The notes beneath the pieces are model-generated. The model searched no databases. It was not told the origin of the DNA and was given only the letters and a program-made list of their open reading frames with translations. Below are positions 11,013 through 20,915 of a stretch of 64,000 bases of DNA, piece after piece. The translations under genes were made by a program, and so were the position numbers. Location of the stretch: the NCBI GenBank assembly GCA_963789955.1, contig CAWBMV010000022.1:32001-96000 (forward strand), read 5' to 3'. Source of the DNA: an uncultured Candidatus Rokubacteria bacterium (lineage in GTDB: Bacteria; Methylomirabilota; Methylomirabilia; Rokubacteriales; CSP1-6). Positions within the stretch are counted from its first letter, which is position 1, and the number at the start of each line of letters is the position of its first letter.

Positions 11013-12013
11013 TCGTACTTGATGCGAGGGTCGACCGCGGCGTAGAGGACGTCGGTGACCAGATTCACGCCGACGACGATCACGGCGATGAAGAGGCTCA
11101 CGCCCTGCACGATCGCGTAGTCACGGGACTCGATCGACTCGTAGACCCAGAGGCCGATGCCGGGCCAGGAGAAGATCGTCTCGGTGAGGATCGCGCCCGC
11201 GAGCAGGCGGCCGACCTGGAGCCCGATGACCGTGAGCACGGGCAAGAGCGCGTTGCGCAGCGCATGTCTCAAGATCACCGCGCGGCGTGACAGCCCCTTC
11301 GCTTCGGCGGTGCGGATGTACTCCCGCGACAGAACCTCGAGCATGCTGGCGCGGGTCATCCTGGCGATAACGGCCAGCGGGATCGTCGCGAGCGCCAGCG
11401 CCGGGAGTATCAGATGGCGAAGCGCGTCGGCGAGGGAGGCCCAATCCCCTTGCAGCAGCGAGTCGAGAATGACGAAGTTCGTCCACGGAACGAATGACGT
11501 TCCGCTGGCGAGACGGAAGCCGGTCGGCAGGATGCGCAGCTGTACGCCGAAGAACCACGCCAGGACGAGGCCGAGCCAGAAGATCGGCATCGACACGCCG
11601 GTGAGCGCGCCCAGACGCGCGAGGCTGTCGAGCAGCGAGTTGCGCCAGACGGCGGAGGCGACGCCGATCGGGATGCCGCACGCGATCGCCACCACGATCG
11701 CCGCCACCGCCAGCTCGACCGTCGCGGGAAAGCGCCGCAGCAGGTCGCTCGCGACGGGATCGCCGCGAACGATCGACACGCCGAGGTCCCCCTGGAGTGC
11801 CTTGCCGATATAGAGGACGTATTGCTGCCAGATCGGACGATCGAGCCCCAGGCGCGCGCGCACCTCCGCCACCTTCTCGGGGGTCGCCCGCTCGCCGAGC
11901 ATGGTGAGCGCCGGGTCACCGGGAATCAGGTGGATGAAGCTGAAGACGAGGACGGAGACGCCGAGCAGGACCGGAACGATGGTGAGGCTTCGCCGGATGG
12001 CATACCGCCTCAC
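11009..12013 (-). CDS. dppB: Peptide ABC permease, DppB-like
   Basis: IPGDPA, RFPATVELA, RMTRASMLEVL..EYIRTAEAKG, DPRI. Confidence 0.9.
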   Translation of the reverse strand: MRRYAIRRSLTIVPVLLGVSVLVFSFIHLIPGDPALTMLGERATPEKVAEVRARLGLDRPIWQQYVLYIGKALQGDLGVSIVRGDPVASDLLRRFPATVELAVAAIVVAIACGIPIGVASAVWRNSLLDSLARLGALTGVSMPIFWLGLVLAWFFGVQLRILPTGFRLASGTSFVPWTNFVILDSLLQGDWASLADALRHLILPALALATIPLAVIARMTRASMLEVLSREYIRTAEAKGLSRRAVILRHALRNALLPVLTVIGLQVGRLLAGAILTETIFSWPGIGLWVYESIESRDYAIVQGVSLFIAVIVVGVNLVTDVLYAAVDPRIKYE

Positions 12014-12028
12014 CGCGCCGACTCCGCG

Positions 12029-13630
12029 CTACTGCATCTCGACGGTGTTGAAGTACTCCGAGCCCGTCGGGTGCGGCACGTAGCCCTTCACGCGCTTCGC
12101 GAACGCGAGGGGCGGCTGATTGTTGGCGATGAAGAGCCGCCCCGCGTCGTCGCGCAGCAGCTGCTCGGCCTGCCGGTAGAGCTTCGCGCGCTCCGACTGC
12201 TGCGTGAGCTTCTGGGCGCGCAGGAGCACGTCGGCCAGCGGCTTGTTGGTGTAGAAGCCCTCGCGCGCGACACCGGGCTGGCAGAAGAAGTAGCAGAGGA
12301 AGTTATCGGGATCGCCGTTGTCGCCGGTCCAGCCGAGCATGTAGAGCGGCATCTGCCCGTTCTTGCGCTTGTCGAGATAGACCGCCCACTCGATCGTCTG
12401 CAGCTGCGTCTTGATCCCGACCTTGGCGAGATCGGCCGCCATCGCCTCGGCGATCTCCTTCGGGCTCGGGAAGTACGGCCGCGAGCGCGACATGTACCAG
12501 AAGACCAGCGGCTCCTTCTTGCCGTCCTCCCACGTGATGTCCGACAGGCCTTGCGATTGCCCGGCCTCACGGAGCAGCGCCTGCGCCCGGCTCGGGCTGT
12601 ACTCGTAATCCTTCAGCTCGCGGTTGTAGCCCCAGAGCGCCGGCGGCTGGAACTGGCTGGCCACGAGCCCGGTGCCGCCGTAGAGGGCGTCGACGATCCC
12701 GCGCTTGTTGATGGCGTGGGCGAAGGCCTGGCGCACGCGCTTGTCCTGGAACTCCTTCACCTTGTAGTTGAAGGCGATGTAGCCCGTCGTGTTCGTCGGG
12801 CGCAGCAGCAGCTGAAGATTCGGGTCGCTCTTGACCACGCCGACGTCGTCGGGATTGAGTCCCTCCATGCCGTGGATCTCACCGGCCTTGAGCGCGCCCA
12901 GGCGCTGGGAATTGTCCTTGATGTTGCGCACGACGAGACGCTTGATCTTGGGCGCCTGACCCCAGTATTCGGGGTTCGCCTCGAGGACGACTTCCTGGTT
13001 CGGCTTCCACTCGACGAACTTGTAGGCTCCGGTGCCCGCCGGATGCTTGCCGAACTCGGTGCCCCAGCGCTCCACGGCCTTGGGGCTCGCGATGTCGAAC
13101 ACGAACATCGCGAGATTCGCGAGGAAGGGTGCCTGCGGCTCCTTGAGCGTGATGCGCACGGTGTGCGTGCCGACGGCCTCGACGGCGCTGACGACCGACT
13201 TGTCGTCGAAGCCGGCGAACTGCGCCTCCCAGTACTCGAAGGTCTGGCCCGCTTTCACCTGGTTGTCGTGCTGGGGATGAGCGGCCTTCCACCAGCGTTC
13301 GAAGTTCCACACGACCGCGGCGGCGTCGAACGGCGTGCCGTCGTGGAACTTCACCGATTTGCGAAGCTGGAACGTCCACACCTTGCCGTCGCGTGAGACC
13401 TCCCATTTTTCGGCCAGCGCCGGCTCCACCTCGGTGGTGGCGCCCCGGTACTTCACGAGCCCGTCGAAGATCTGGCGGGTGAGACGCGAGGAGATCCCGT
13501 CGGTGATGATCGCCGGATCGAGCTGGACCGGCTCGCCCTGCGCCCCGAAGACGAACGTCTGCGCCGAGGCCGGGGCCACGGCGCCGAGAAGAGCCGCGGC
13601 GGCCAGGTACGTCAGCGTGAGAAGGCGCAT
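12029..13630 (-). CDS. dppA: Peptide ABC substrate-binding protein (family 5), DppA-like
   Basis: PALAEKWEVS.DG..WTF.LRK.VKFHDGTPF, GTGAYKF, GWTGDNGDPDNF. ATG at 13630 follows AAGGAGG. Confidence 0.9.
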   Translation of the reverse strand: MRLLTLTYLAAAALLGAVAPASAQTFVFGAQGEPVQLDPAIITDGISSRLTRQIFDGLVKYRGATTEVEPALAEKWEVSRDGKVWTFQLRKSVKFHDGTPFDAAAVVWNFERWWKAAHPQHDNQVKAGQTFEYWEAQFAGFDDKSVVSAVEAVGTHTVRITLKEPQAPFLANLAMFVFDIASPKAVERWGTEFGKHPAGTGAYKFVEWKPNQEVVLEANPEYWGQAPKIKRLVVRNIKDNSQRLGALKAGEIHGMEGLNPDDVGVVKSDPNLQLLLRPTNTTGYIAFNYKVKEFQDKRVRQAFAHAINKRGIVDALYGGTGLVASQFQPPALWGYNRELKDYEYSPSRAQALLREAGQSQGLSDITWEDGKKEPLVFWYMSRSRPYFPSPKEIAEAMAADLAKVGIKTQLQTIEWAVYLDKRKNGQMPLYMLGWTGDNGDPDNFLCYFFCQPGVAREGFYTNKPLADVLLRAQKLTQQSERAKLYRQAEQLLRDDAGRLFIANNQPPLAFAKRVKGYVPHPTGSEYFNTVEMQ

Positions 13631-13736
13631 GGGGATGAACCTCCTTGATCCACGGCGCGGTGCGCGGCGCCGTGGGCGGGCCCCATTATCGCAGGTTGGC
13701 TCGAAGCACGAAAAGCGTTGTATGGTCGGTCCGCCC

Positions 13737-14867
13737 ATGAGCGATCCGTCTGACACTCGCCGGTACCTCGAGAACTGGCAGGACGAAGTCGACAGCGCGT
13801 CGGAGTATCGCGCGATGGCGGCCAGCGAATCCGATCCCCGCCTGGCCAAGGTGTACGCGAACCTGGCCGCGATGGAAGAAGGCCACATCGGCTTCTGGGA
13901 AGACCGCCTGCGACGCGCCGGCGCGACCGTGCCGCCGCGGCGCGCCTCGTGGCGCAGTCGAGTGCTGGCGGCCGTCGCGCGGCGTCTCGGCCCCGATCTG
14001 GTGCTGGCCACCATCGCGGCGAAGGAAACCGTCGACCAGAACGGCTACGTCAAGCAGCCCGAGACCGCCGGCACCGCGATGCCGGGCCACGAGCGCTGGC
14101 ATGCGAGAGTCCTGCGCCAGCTCGTGGCGACGCAGCCGCGCGGCCTGCAGGGCAGCTTCCTCGGCCGTCTCGAAGGCCGGCATCGATCGGTCGGCGGCAA
14201 CGCGCTGCGCGCGGCCGTCCTCGGCGCCAACGACGGGCTCTGCTCGAATCTGAGCCTGGTGATGGGCGTGGCCGGCGCCGCGATCGACAGCCACGGCATT
14301 CTCGTCACCGGCCTGGCGGGGCTGCTGGCGGGCGCGGGTTCGATGGCGCTCGGCGAGTGGGTGTCGGTGACGAGCTCGCGCGAGCTCGCGCAGCGCGAGA
14401 TTCGCATCGAGGCGAGCGAGCTGCGCGAGGATCCCGAGGGCGAAGGCGAGGAGCTGAGGCTGATCTACGAGGCCAAAGGGTTGAGTCCGAGCGAGGCCGA
14501 GACGATGGCCCGTCGCCTCCTCGCCGATCGCACGACCGCCCTCGATGCGCTCGCCCGCGAGGAGCTCGGCATCGACCCGAAGGATCTCGGCGGCTCGGCG
14601 TGGGAAGCGGCGGTGGCCTCGTTCGCGCTGTTTGCGCTCGGCGCCATCGTGCCGATCCTGCCGTTCCTCGTCTTGCGCGGGACGCTCGCGGTCGCGTCGA
14701 GCGCCGTCGTGAGCGCGCTGGCCCTCTTCGGGCTGGGCGCCGCCATCACGGTGTTCACGGGGGCCTCCGCGTGGCGGGCGGGGGGCCGTCAGCTCTTGCT
14801 CGGATTGGCGGCGGCCGGCTTGACGTTCGGCGTCGGCCGGCTGATCGGGATCGCGCTCGCCGGCTGA
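13737..14867 (+). CDS. VIT1/CCC1 transporter with an N-terminal ferritin/rubrerythrin-like domain
   Basis: N-terminal E..SA..Y...LAAMEEGH; LRAAVLGANDGL, SMALGEWVSV, EELGIDP. Confidence 0.88.
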   Translation: MSDPSDTRRYLENWQDEVDSASEYRAMAASESDPRLAKVYANLAAMEEGHIGFWEDRLRRAGATVPPRRASWRSRVLAAVARRLGPDLVLATIAAKETVDQNGYVKQPETAGTAMPGHERWHARVLRQLVATQPRGLQGSFLGRLEGRHRSVGGNALRAAVLGANDGLCSNLSLVMGVAGAAIDSHGILVTGLAGLLAGAGSMALGEWVSVTSSRELAQREIRIEASELREDPEGEGEELRLIYEAKGLSPSEAETMARRLLADRTTALDALAREELGIDPKDLGGSAWEAAVASFALFALGAIVPILPFLVLRGTLAVASSAVVSALALFGLGAAITVFTGASAWRAGGRQLLLGLAAAGLTFGVGRLIGIALAG

Positions 14868-15541
14868 TGAATCGCGCGCATCGATTCAAGGCGGTCATCT
14901 TCGACGCCTACGGCACGTTGCTCCGGAACGACGACCTGGCGCTGATCCCGAAGCAGATCGTGGCCGACCACGGATTGTCCGCGCCGGTCGACGACGTCTG
15001 GCGCGCGTGGTCGGAGCTCTACTTCGAGGCGACCCAGATCGTGCCGTTCCGCACGCTCCGCGAGATCGAGACGCACAACCTGACGCGCGTGCTGCGACAG
15101 TTCGCCGTCGGCGCGGACGCGGCGAAGTACGTGGAGCTCTTCTTTCAGGTGACGACGAAGATCGAGCTGTACCCGGAGACGCGCGAGGTGCTGAGCGCGC
15201 TGACGCCCGTCCGCTCCGCCATCGTCTCGAACGCCGACCAGGAGCACGTCGCGGCGTGGGACTTCACCTTGCCGGTGGAGTTCATCCTGATCTCCGAGAC
15301 GGTGCGCGCCTACAAGCCGCATCGGCTCGTGTTCGAGCGCGCGCTCCAGCAGCTGGGCCTCGCTCCCCACGAAGTGCTGCACGTCGGGGACAGCGAGGTG
15401 GACGACGTCAAGGGCGCGAAGGAGGCGGGGCTGAGCGTCGCGTGGGTCAACCGCGACGGGCGCCGCCGCCGCGCGGACGTCCCGGCGCCCGACTTCGAGA
15501 TTCGCGATCTCCGTCAGCTGACGCCGCTGCTGCGCTGCTAG
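14867..15541 (+). CDS. HAD-family hydrolase (haloacid dehalogenase-like)
   Basis: FDAYGTL, VSN, YKP, HVGDS..DV.GA; TGATG overlap with the VIT1 gene. Confidence 0.88.
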   Translation: MNRAHRFKAVIFDAYGTLLRNDDLALIPKQIVADHGLSAPVDDVWRAWSELYFEATQIVPFRTLREIETHNLTRVLRQFAVGADAAKYVELFFQVTTKIELYPETREVLSALTPVRSAIVSNADQEHVAAWDFTLPVEFILISETVRAYKPHRLVFERALQQLGLAPHEVLHVGDSEVDDVKGAKEAGLSVAWVNRDGRRRRADVPAPDFEIRDLRQLTPLLRC

Positions 15542-15841
15542 CCTCTCGAAGCCGCTGGTAGTCGGCGTTGCCCGATGCGATCTGGAGTGTATCGATCCAT
15601 ATATGGGATAGAGGGGCTCGTATGAAGCTCAACGGCCTCGGACGTCATGGTAGGACGCGACGTAGCTCGCGGGCAAGCCAAACCGCCGGGGGCTAGCGTG
15701 ATCGATCGGCCTGCGCACGTTGCTGCCGCTCGGTCGGACAAGCGGAGAACCGCCGTTGACACTGGCTGCGGCTCGGCCACATTCCGCTACGAGCGGCGCG
15801 CGGGCGCGCTCGGGACGATCTCGCGCGGCAGGAGGGTCTCC

Positions 15842-16630
15842 ATGCCCGTGTCTTTCGAGCAGCGCGGCGCGATCGGTATCGTCACCCTGAGTCGTCCAGA
15901 GGCGCGCAACGCGTGGGGCGCCGACTTCAACGAGGGCCTCGCGCGCCACTTCGCCGCCATGGAGGACGACGACGCGATCCGCTGCGCGATCCTCACGGGT
16001 GACGACGCGGGCGGCGCCTTCTCGGCCGGCGCCAATCTCAAGGATCCCCGCACGCACACGATGGAGTCGGCCGCCGACTTCATCAAGAGCATCTCGAAGC
16101 GACGCGGCCGCGCCTTCGAGGTCCTGGGGAGCTTTCCCAAGCCGATCGTCGGCGCCGTCAACGGCTTTGCCGTGGGCATCGGCTGCATCGTGACCTTCTG
16201 CTGCGATCTGCTGGTGGCCTCCGAGCGCGCGGAATGGCGGCTGCCGCAGGTGACGCTCGGCATCCTTCCCGCGTACGGCGGCAGCACGCGGCTCGCGCGC
16301 TGGGTGGGACGGGGCAACGCGATGCGCCTGGCCATGGGCTTTCCGCTGACGGCGCAGGAGGCGCAGCGCATCGGGCTCGCGCAGTGGGTGGTTCCGCACG
16401 GCAAGCTGATGGACCAGGCGATGGAAGTCGCCGGCCACATCGCGTCCTTGCCGCCGCTCGCCGCGCGTCTCACGAAGGAATCGCTCCTGACGGGGCTCGA
16501 CATCCCCAACCTGTCGGATGCCTCGCTCGTGGATCTGTATCGTTTTGCGACGCTCGAGCTGACCGAGGACAAGGCCGAAGGACACAAGGCCTGGCGCGAG
16601 AAGCGCAAGCCCGCGTTCCGCGGACGCTAG
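15842..16630 (+). CDS. Enoyl-CoA hydratase/isomerase family protein
   Basis: RPEARNA, AFSAGANL, PKPIVGAVNGFAVGIG; GGAGG RBS. Confidence 0.88.
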   Translation: MPVSFEQRGAIGIVTLSRPEARNAWGADFNEGLARHFAAMEDDDAIRCAILTGDDAGGAFSAGANLKDPRTHTMESAADFIKSISKRRGRAFEVLGSFPKPIVGAVNGFAVGIGCIVTFCCDLLVASERAEWRLPQVTLGILPAYGGSTRLARWVGRGNAMRLAMGFPLTAQEAQRIGLAQWVVPHGKLMDQAMEVAGHIASLPPLAARLTKESLLTGLDIPNLSDASLVDLYRFATLELTEDKAEGHKAWREKRKPAFRGR

Positions 16631-16643
16631 CTTCGAGGACGCC

Positions 16644-17465
16644 ATGACCTTGCGCGAGCGCATCGGTGTCGACCTGGGCGGCCGCCGGCGTCTGGAGGAC
16701 GGCCTCGCCTGGGCCGCTGCCAACGACGTCCACTACGTCGACATGTGTCTCGAGGGCGCGCCGGAGCATCCCAACGCCCCCGCCACGTGGACGGCCGAGC
16801 GCACGGCGGCGATGCGCGCCACCTGCGAGCGGCACCGCATCCGACTCGGGCTGCATTCGTCCTCCGCCGTCAACGTCGCCGAGACCTCGCCGCTCCTGGC
16901 CGAGGCGGCCGACCGATACCTCGAGACGTACATCGAGCTCGCGGGGCGTCTCGGCGCCGGCTGGATCGTCGTCCACGGCGGCTATCATTTCACCGGCGAC
17001 TACGCCGCGCGCCGCGCCGCGAGCCTCGAGCGTCTGCAACGCGCCGCCGCGCTCGCCGAGCGCGGCGGCGCGCGTCTCTTGCTCGAGAACCTCAATCGAG
17101 AGCCGGAGCACGCCGAGATCCGCTACCTCGCCCACAACCTCGAGGAGTGCCGCGAATACTTCGGCCGCATCCAGTCGCCGAGCCTCGGGTGGGCGTTCAC
17201 GGTGAACCACGCGCATCTCGTCCCGGAAGGCGTCGGCGGTTTCCTCGACGCGATGGATCTCGGCCGATGCGGCGAGGTGCGGGTGGCCGACAGCCACGGA
17301 CGCTACGAGGAGCACCTGCGCCCCGGCGAGGGCTCGATCGACTTCACGCAGATGTTCGCCCGCATCGAGGGCGGGGGATACCGCGGCCACTACATGATGG
17401 CGTTCGGCTCCCTGGACGACATGCTGAAGGGACGCGAGACGCTCGTGCGGGCCGCCGGCGCCTGA
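16644..17465 (+). CDS. Sugar phosphate isomerase/epimerase (xylose isomerase-like TIM barrel)
   Basis: VVHGG, LLLENL, EEHLRPGEGSIDF. Confidence 0.8.
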   Translation: MTLRERIGVDLGGRRRLEDGLAWAAANDVHYVDMCLEGAPEHPNAPATWTAERTAAMRATCERHRIRLGLHSSSAVNVAETSPLLAEAADRYLETYIELAGRLGAGWIVVHGGYHFTGDYAARRAASLERLQRAAALAERGGARLLLENLNREPEHAEIRYLAHNLEECREYFGRIQSPSLGWAFTVNHAHLVPEGVGGFLDAMDLGRCGEVRVADSHGRYEEHLRPGEGSIDFTQMFARIEGGGYRGHYMMAFGSLDDMLKGRETLVRAAGA

Positions 17466-17473
17466 TCAAAGAT

Positions 17474-18145
17474 CTAGATCGCGCCCGCGGCGATGTTGAC
17501 GGTGAGCGCGAGCAGTGCCGCGTTGAACAGAAACGACACGATGCCGTGGGCGGTCGCGGTCCGACGGATGAGCTTGCTGGTGATCGCCACGTCGGACACC
17601 TGCGACGTCATGCCGATCACGAACGAGAAGTAGACGAAGTCCAGGTAGTCGGGATGCGGATCGTCGCCCGGAAAGCTCATGCCGCGCCCGGCGGTCTCGT
17701 CGTAGAACTCGTGCGCGTAGTGCAGCGCGAACATCGTGTGGATGAACGCCCACGACAGGAGAATCGTCGACGCGGCCAGGATGAGATGGCTCCGCGGCCG
17801 CTCGGCGCCGGCCGCCGACATGCCGAGCTCGGCGAAGATCGCCGCCAGGCTCGCCAGCGCCGCCGCCACCGTGCACGTCAGAATCGTCAGCTGTCCGTCG
17901 TCCTGTCGGGCGGCATTGCGGCGGATGCGGCGGATATCGGAGGTCGCGCACACGTGGAACGCGAGCACGAGGTAGAGCGCGACCGCGATGTCCCAGCCGG
18001 TGAGCAGACGAGTCACGAACCGCCAGTCCGTCACGAACGCCGTCACGATGATCACCACGAGGCCGACGCCGGTCGCGACGAACAGGCGCGGGCGAGCGCT
18101 CACGACCCGGAACAGGAGCGGCATGCGGGACTGCCGAGGACTCAC
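17474..18145 (-). CDS. DUF1345 membrane protein
   Basis: SWAFIHTMFALHYAHEFY, PDYLDFVYFSFVIGMTSQVSD. Confidence 0.85.
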   Translation of the reverse strand: MSPRQSRMPLLFRVVSARPRLFVATGVGLVVIIVTAFVTDWRFVTRLLTGWDIAVALYLVLAFHVCATSDIRRIRRNAARQDDGQLTILTCTVAAALASLAAIFAELGMSAAGAERPRSHLILAASTILLSWAFIHTMFALHYAHEFYDETAGRGMSFPGDDPHPDYLDFVYFSFVIGMTSQVSDVAITSKLIRRTATAHGIVSFLFNAALLALTVNIAAGAI

Positions 18146-18224
18146 GGCGCGAACATATCATCAACCCCCGCGTCGGGCCGCACGATGCTGGCCTAGACCG
18201 TGAAGGTTTGGTAGGGTCCGAGAC

Positions 18225-19322
18225 GTGGAGTCGAGGCCCGAGCCGCGATTCGATTGGTTCATTCCCATCGACGGAGACGGCGCGCACATCGGAACGTGGC
18301 GCGCCGAGCGGCCGCCGACGTTCGACTACCTGCGCCAGGTCGTGGAGACGGCCGAGGCCGAAGGATTCTACTCGCTCCTGATCCCGACGCGGTTCGCGAA
18401 CGGGCTCTTCGGCGAGACGGCGCCGCTGGCGGAGACGTGGACGACGGTGACGGCGCTGGCGGCGGTCACCCGCCGCATCCGGTTCCTGGTGGCGATCCGG
18501 CCGGGATTCATCTCGACCGGCTTGTTCGCCCAGATGGCGGCGGCGCTCGATCAGATCAGCGGCGGGCGGCTCGACATCAACGTGGTGCCCGGCGGGATCC
18601 AGGGTGACTTCGAGCGGCTCGGCGTCACGATCGACCACGACAAGCGTTACGAGCAGGGCGAAGAGTTCATCGCCGCCTTGCGCGCGCTCTGGGCGAAGCC
18701 GGAGCCCGTGGTGTTCGAGGGGAGCACGGTGCGGCTGAAGGGCGCGGTCGTGTCGCCCGGACCGGTGGCGGGCGCACCGAGGTTCTACGTCGGCGGCGCC
18801 TCGCCGCGGGCGCTCGAATTCGCGGCGGCCGGCGCCGAAGTGTACCTGGCGTGGATCCAGCCGCTCGACGAGATCGCCAAGCTGCTGGACCGTGTGCGGT
18901 CGGCGTACGGCGCCAGGGGCCGCCGCCCGGTGTTCGGGCTGCGCACGCACCTGGTCGTGCGCGCGACCGAGGCTCAGGCCTGGGAAGCGGCCGAGGAGCT
19001 GATGTCGCGGGTCGACGAGCGGGTGGTGGCGCAGCGGCAGGCCGCGTTCGCCGGGACCCCGATGGTGGGCCAGCAGGCGCAGCTCCGCGCCGAGCTCCGC
19101 GAGCGGTCACCGCGCCTCTGGAACGGGATCTCGAAGGTGCGCGTCAATCTCGGGACGGCGATCGTCGGCGACCCCAAGCAGGTGACGGAGGAGCTCGCCG
19201 CGTACTGGCGCCTGGGCATCGACGAGTTCATCCTGTCGGGGTTCCCCCACGTCGAGGAATGCCGGCGAGTGGCGTCGGAGGTGCTGCCGGGCCTCCGCGC
19301 GGCGATCGAGCGGGAGCGTTGA
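18225..19322 (+). CDS. Luciferase-like flavin monooxygenase, SsuD-related
   Basis: WFIP..GDG, FLVAIRPG, LDQISGGRL.INVV, FILSGFPH.EE. Confidence 0.88.
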   Translation: MESRPEPRFDWFIPIDGDGAHIGTWRAERPPTFDYLRQVVETAEAEGFYSLLIPTRFANGLFGETAPLAETWTTVTALAAVTRRIRFLVAIRPGFISTGLFAQMAAALDQISGGRLDINVVPGGIQGDFERLGVTIDHDKRYEQGEEFIAALRALWAKPEPVVFEGSTVRLKGAVVSPGPVAGAPRFYVGGASPRALEFAAAGAEVYLAWIQPLDEIAKLLDRVRSAYGARGRRPVFGLRTHLVVRATEAQAWEAAEELMSRVDERVVAQRQAAFAGTPMVGQQAQLRAELRERSPRLWNGISKVRVNLGTAIVGDPKQVTEELAAYWRLGIDEFILSGFPHVEECRRVASEVLPGLRAAIERER

Positions 19323-19323
19323 G

Positions 19324-19851
19324 ATGATCACCGACATCGAATCCTATCTGCGCTTCTTCGACAGCGTCCGGCGGCGAACCGAGCGCGACATCGCCGCGCT
19401 TCCGGCGGCCGCCGCAACGTGGCAGCCGCCCGCGGCGAGCGGCGAGGCGGGCTGGGGCATCGGCCAGCTCGTGGGCCACATCGGGGCCACTCGTCTTTAC
19501 TTCGCCAGCGCCTACCGCGGCGAAGGCTGGATCCTGGCGGAGCCCGACATCGATCGCGCGAGCCAGCGCACGTGGGTGCCGTGGCTCGAGGCGTCGGCCG
19601 ACCGATTCGTCACCCTGCTTCGCGATACGCCGGCGGAATGGCTCTCGCGGCGGATCGAGATGATCGACACGCCCGGCACGCTTCCGGGATGGCGCCTTCT
19701 GATGATGATGCTCGAGCACGAGGTGCACCATCGTTCGCAGATCGACACCTACGCCGGCCTCCTGGGCTGGCCGGTGCCTCAGATCTTCGAGCGAACGTTC
19801 GAGAGCATCGCCGCGCTTCAACCCGAGCAGCGCGCTCGTCACCCGCGCTGA
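19324..19851 (+). CDS. DinB family protein
   Basis: IGQLVGHI and EHEVHHRSQI His triad. Confidence 0.85.
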   Translation: MITDIESYLRFFDSVRRRTERDIAALPAAAATWQPPAASGEAGWGIGQLVGHIGATRLYFASAYRGEGWILAEPDIDRASQRTWVPWLEASADRFVTLLRDTPAEWLSRRIEMIDTPGTLPGWRLLMMMLEHEVHHRSQIDTYAGLLGWPVPQIFERTFESIAALQPEQRARHPR

Positions 19852-19981
19852 CCTTCGCGTCCAGATTCGCGCCGGCGTGGACGCGGCGGGCGACCTTCGC
19901 TAGACTGGACGGCGCGATGAGAACGTTCCGCCCCGCCATGACTGCCGTGGCGCCGGCGACGTCACTGAAGGAGAGCTCGCG

Positions 19982-20915
19982 ATGACGACCACGGCGTCCG
20001 GGGCGAAGGCAGCGTTCGCGGCCGACTACGACGCGCCGATTCCCTATATGCAGCGGACGCGCGACTACTATCAGGTCCTCGGCTTCAACGCCGTATCGCT
20101 GGGCCCACTTCGTCGAGGTTCCGTTCACGCCGCTGCGGATGCCCCTCGACCGGGCGCGGGTCGCGTTGATCACGACGGCGGCACCGTTTCAGCCGGGCGT
20201 GGGCGATCAGGGCCCGGGGGCGGCGTACAACGCGGCGGCCAAGTTCTATCAGGTCTACTCGATTGCGGCCGACACCGTGCCCGATCTCCGGATCTCGCAC
20301 GTCGGCTACGACCGACTGCACACGACGGCGGCGGACATCAATACGTACCTGCCGCTGGCGCAGATGAAGGCAGCGGCCGCCGCGGGACGGTTCGGCTCGC
20401 TGGCGCCGCGGCTTCACGGAGCGCCGACGAACCGGAGCCACCGGGTGACGATCGAGACCGACACCCCGGAGCTCTTGCGGCGCTGTCGCGAGGACGGAGT
20501 CGACGCCGCCGTCCTCGTCCCGAGCTGACCCGTGTGTCACCAGACCGTGAGTCTGGCGGCGCGGTACCTGGAGGAGAACGGGATCTCCACGGTGATCATG
20601 GGGTGCGCCAAGGACATCGTCGAGTACTGCGGCGTGCCGCGGTTCCTCTTCAGCGATTTCCCGCTGGGCAATTCGGCCGGCCGGCCGTTCGACCGCGAGT
20701 CCCAGGCGCAGACGCTCGAGCTCGCGCTGCGAGTCCTCGAGAGCGCGCCGGGCGCACGCACGACGGTGCAGTCGCCGCTCCGCTGGAGCGAGGACGCCTC
20801 CTGGAAGTGCGACTATCTCGACCTGACGAAGCTCTCCCCTGACAAGATCGCCGAGCGCAAGAAGGAGTTCGACGAGGTGAAATCGATCGCGCGGGCGAAG
20901 CGCGAGGCTTCATGA
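19982..20915 (+). CDS. Glycine/betaine/proline reductase component B-like selenoprotein (Sec at TGA 20526-20528; frameshift near 20090)
   Basis: PIPYMQRTRDYY, PYRWAH...PFTPL, VALITTA, ISHVGYD, DGVDAAVLVPS-TGA-PVCHQTVSLAARYLEENGISTV, FPLG. The two track ORFs are in frame across the TGA. Confidence 0.85.
20536..20560 (+). promoter_or_regulatory. Putative bacterial SECIS hairpin
   Basis: GTC-A-CCAGAC/CGTGA/GTCTGG-C-GGC stem-loop. The apical loop starts 17 nt after the UGA and has G at position 2. Confidence 0.65.

Noticed and set aside
15545..15840. 300-bp intergenic region with palindrome CCATATATGG (15597-15606) and short ORFs
   Set aside because: No recognisable product or RNA family; a 10-bp palindrome alone is weak.
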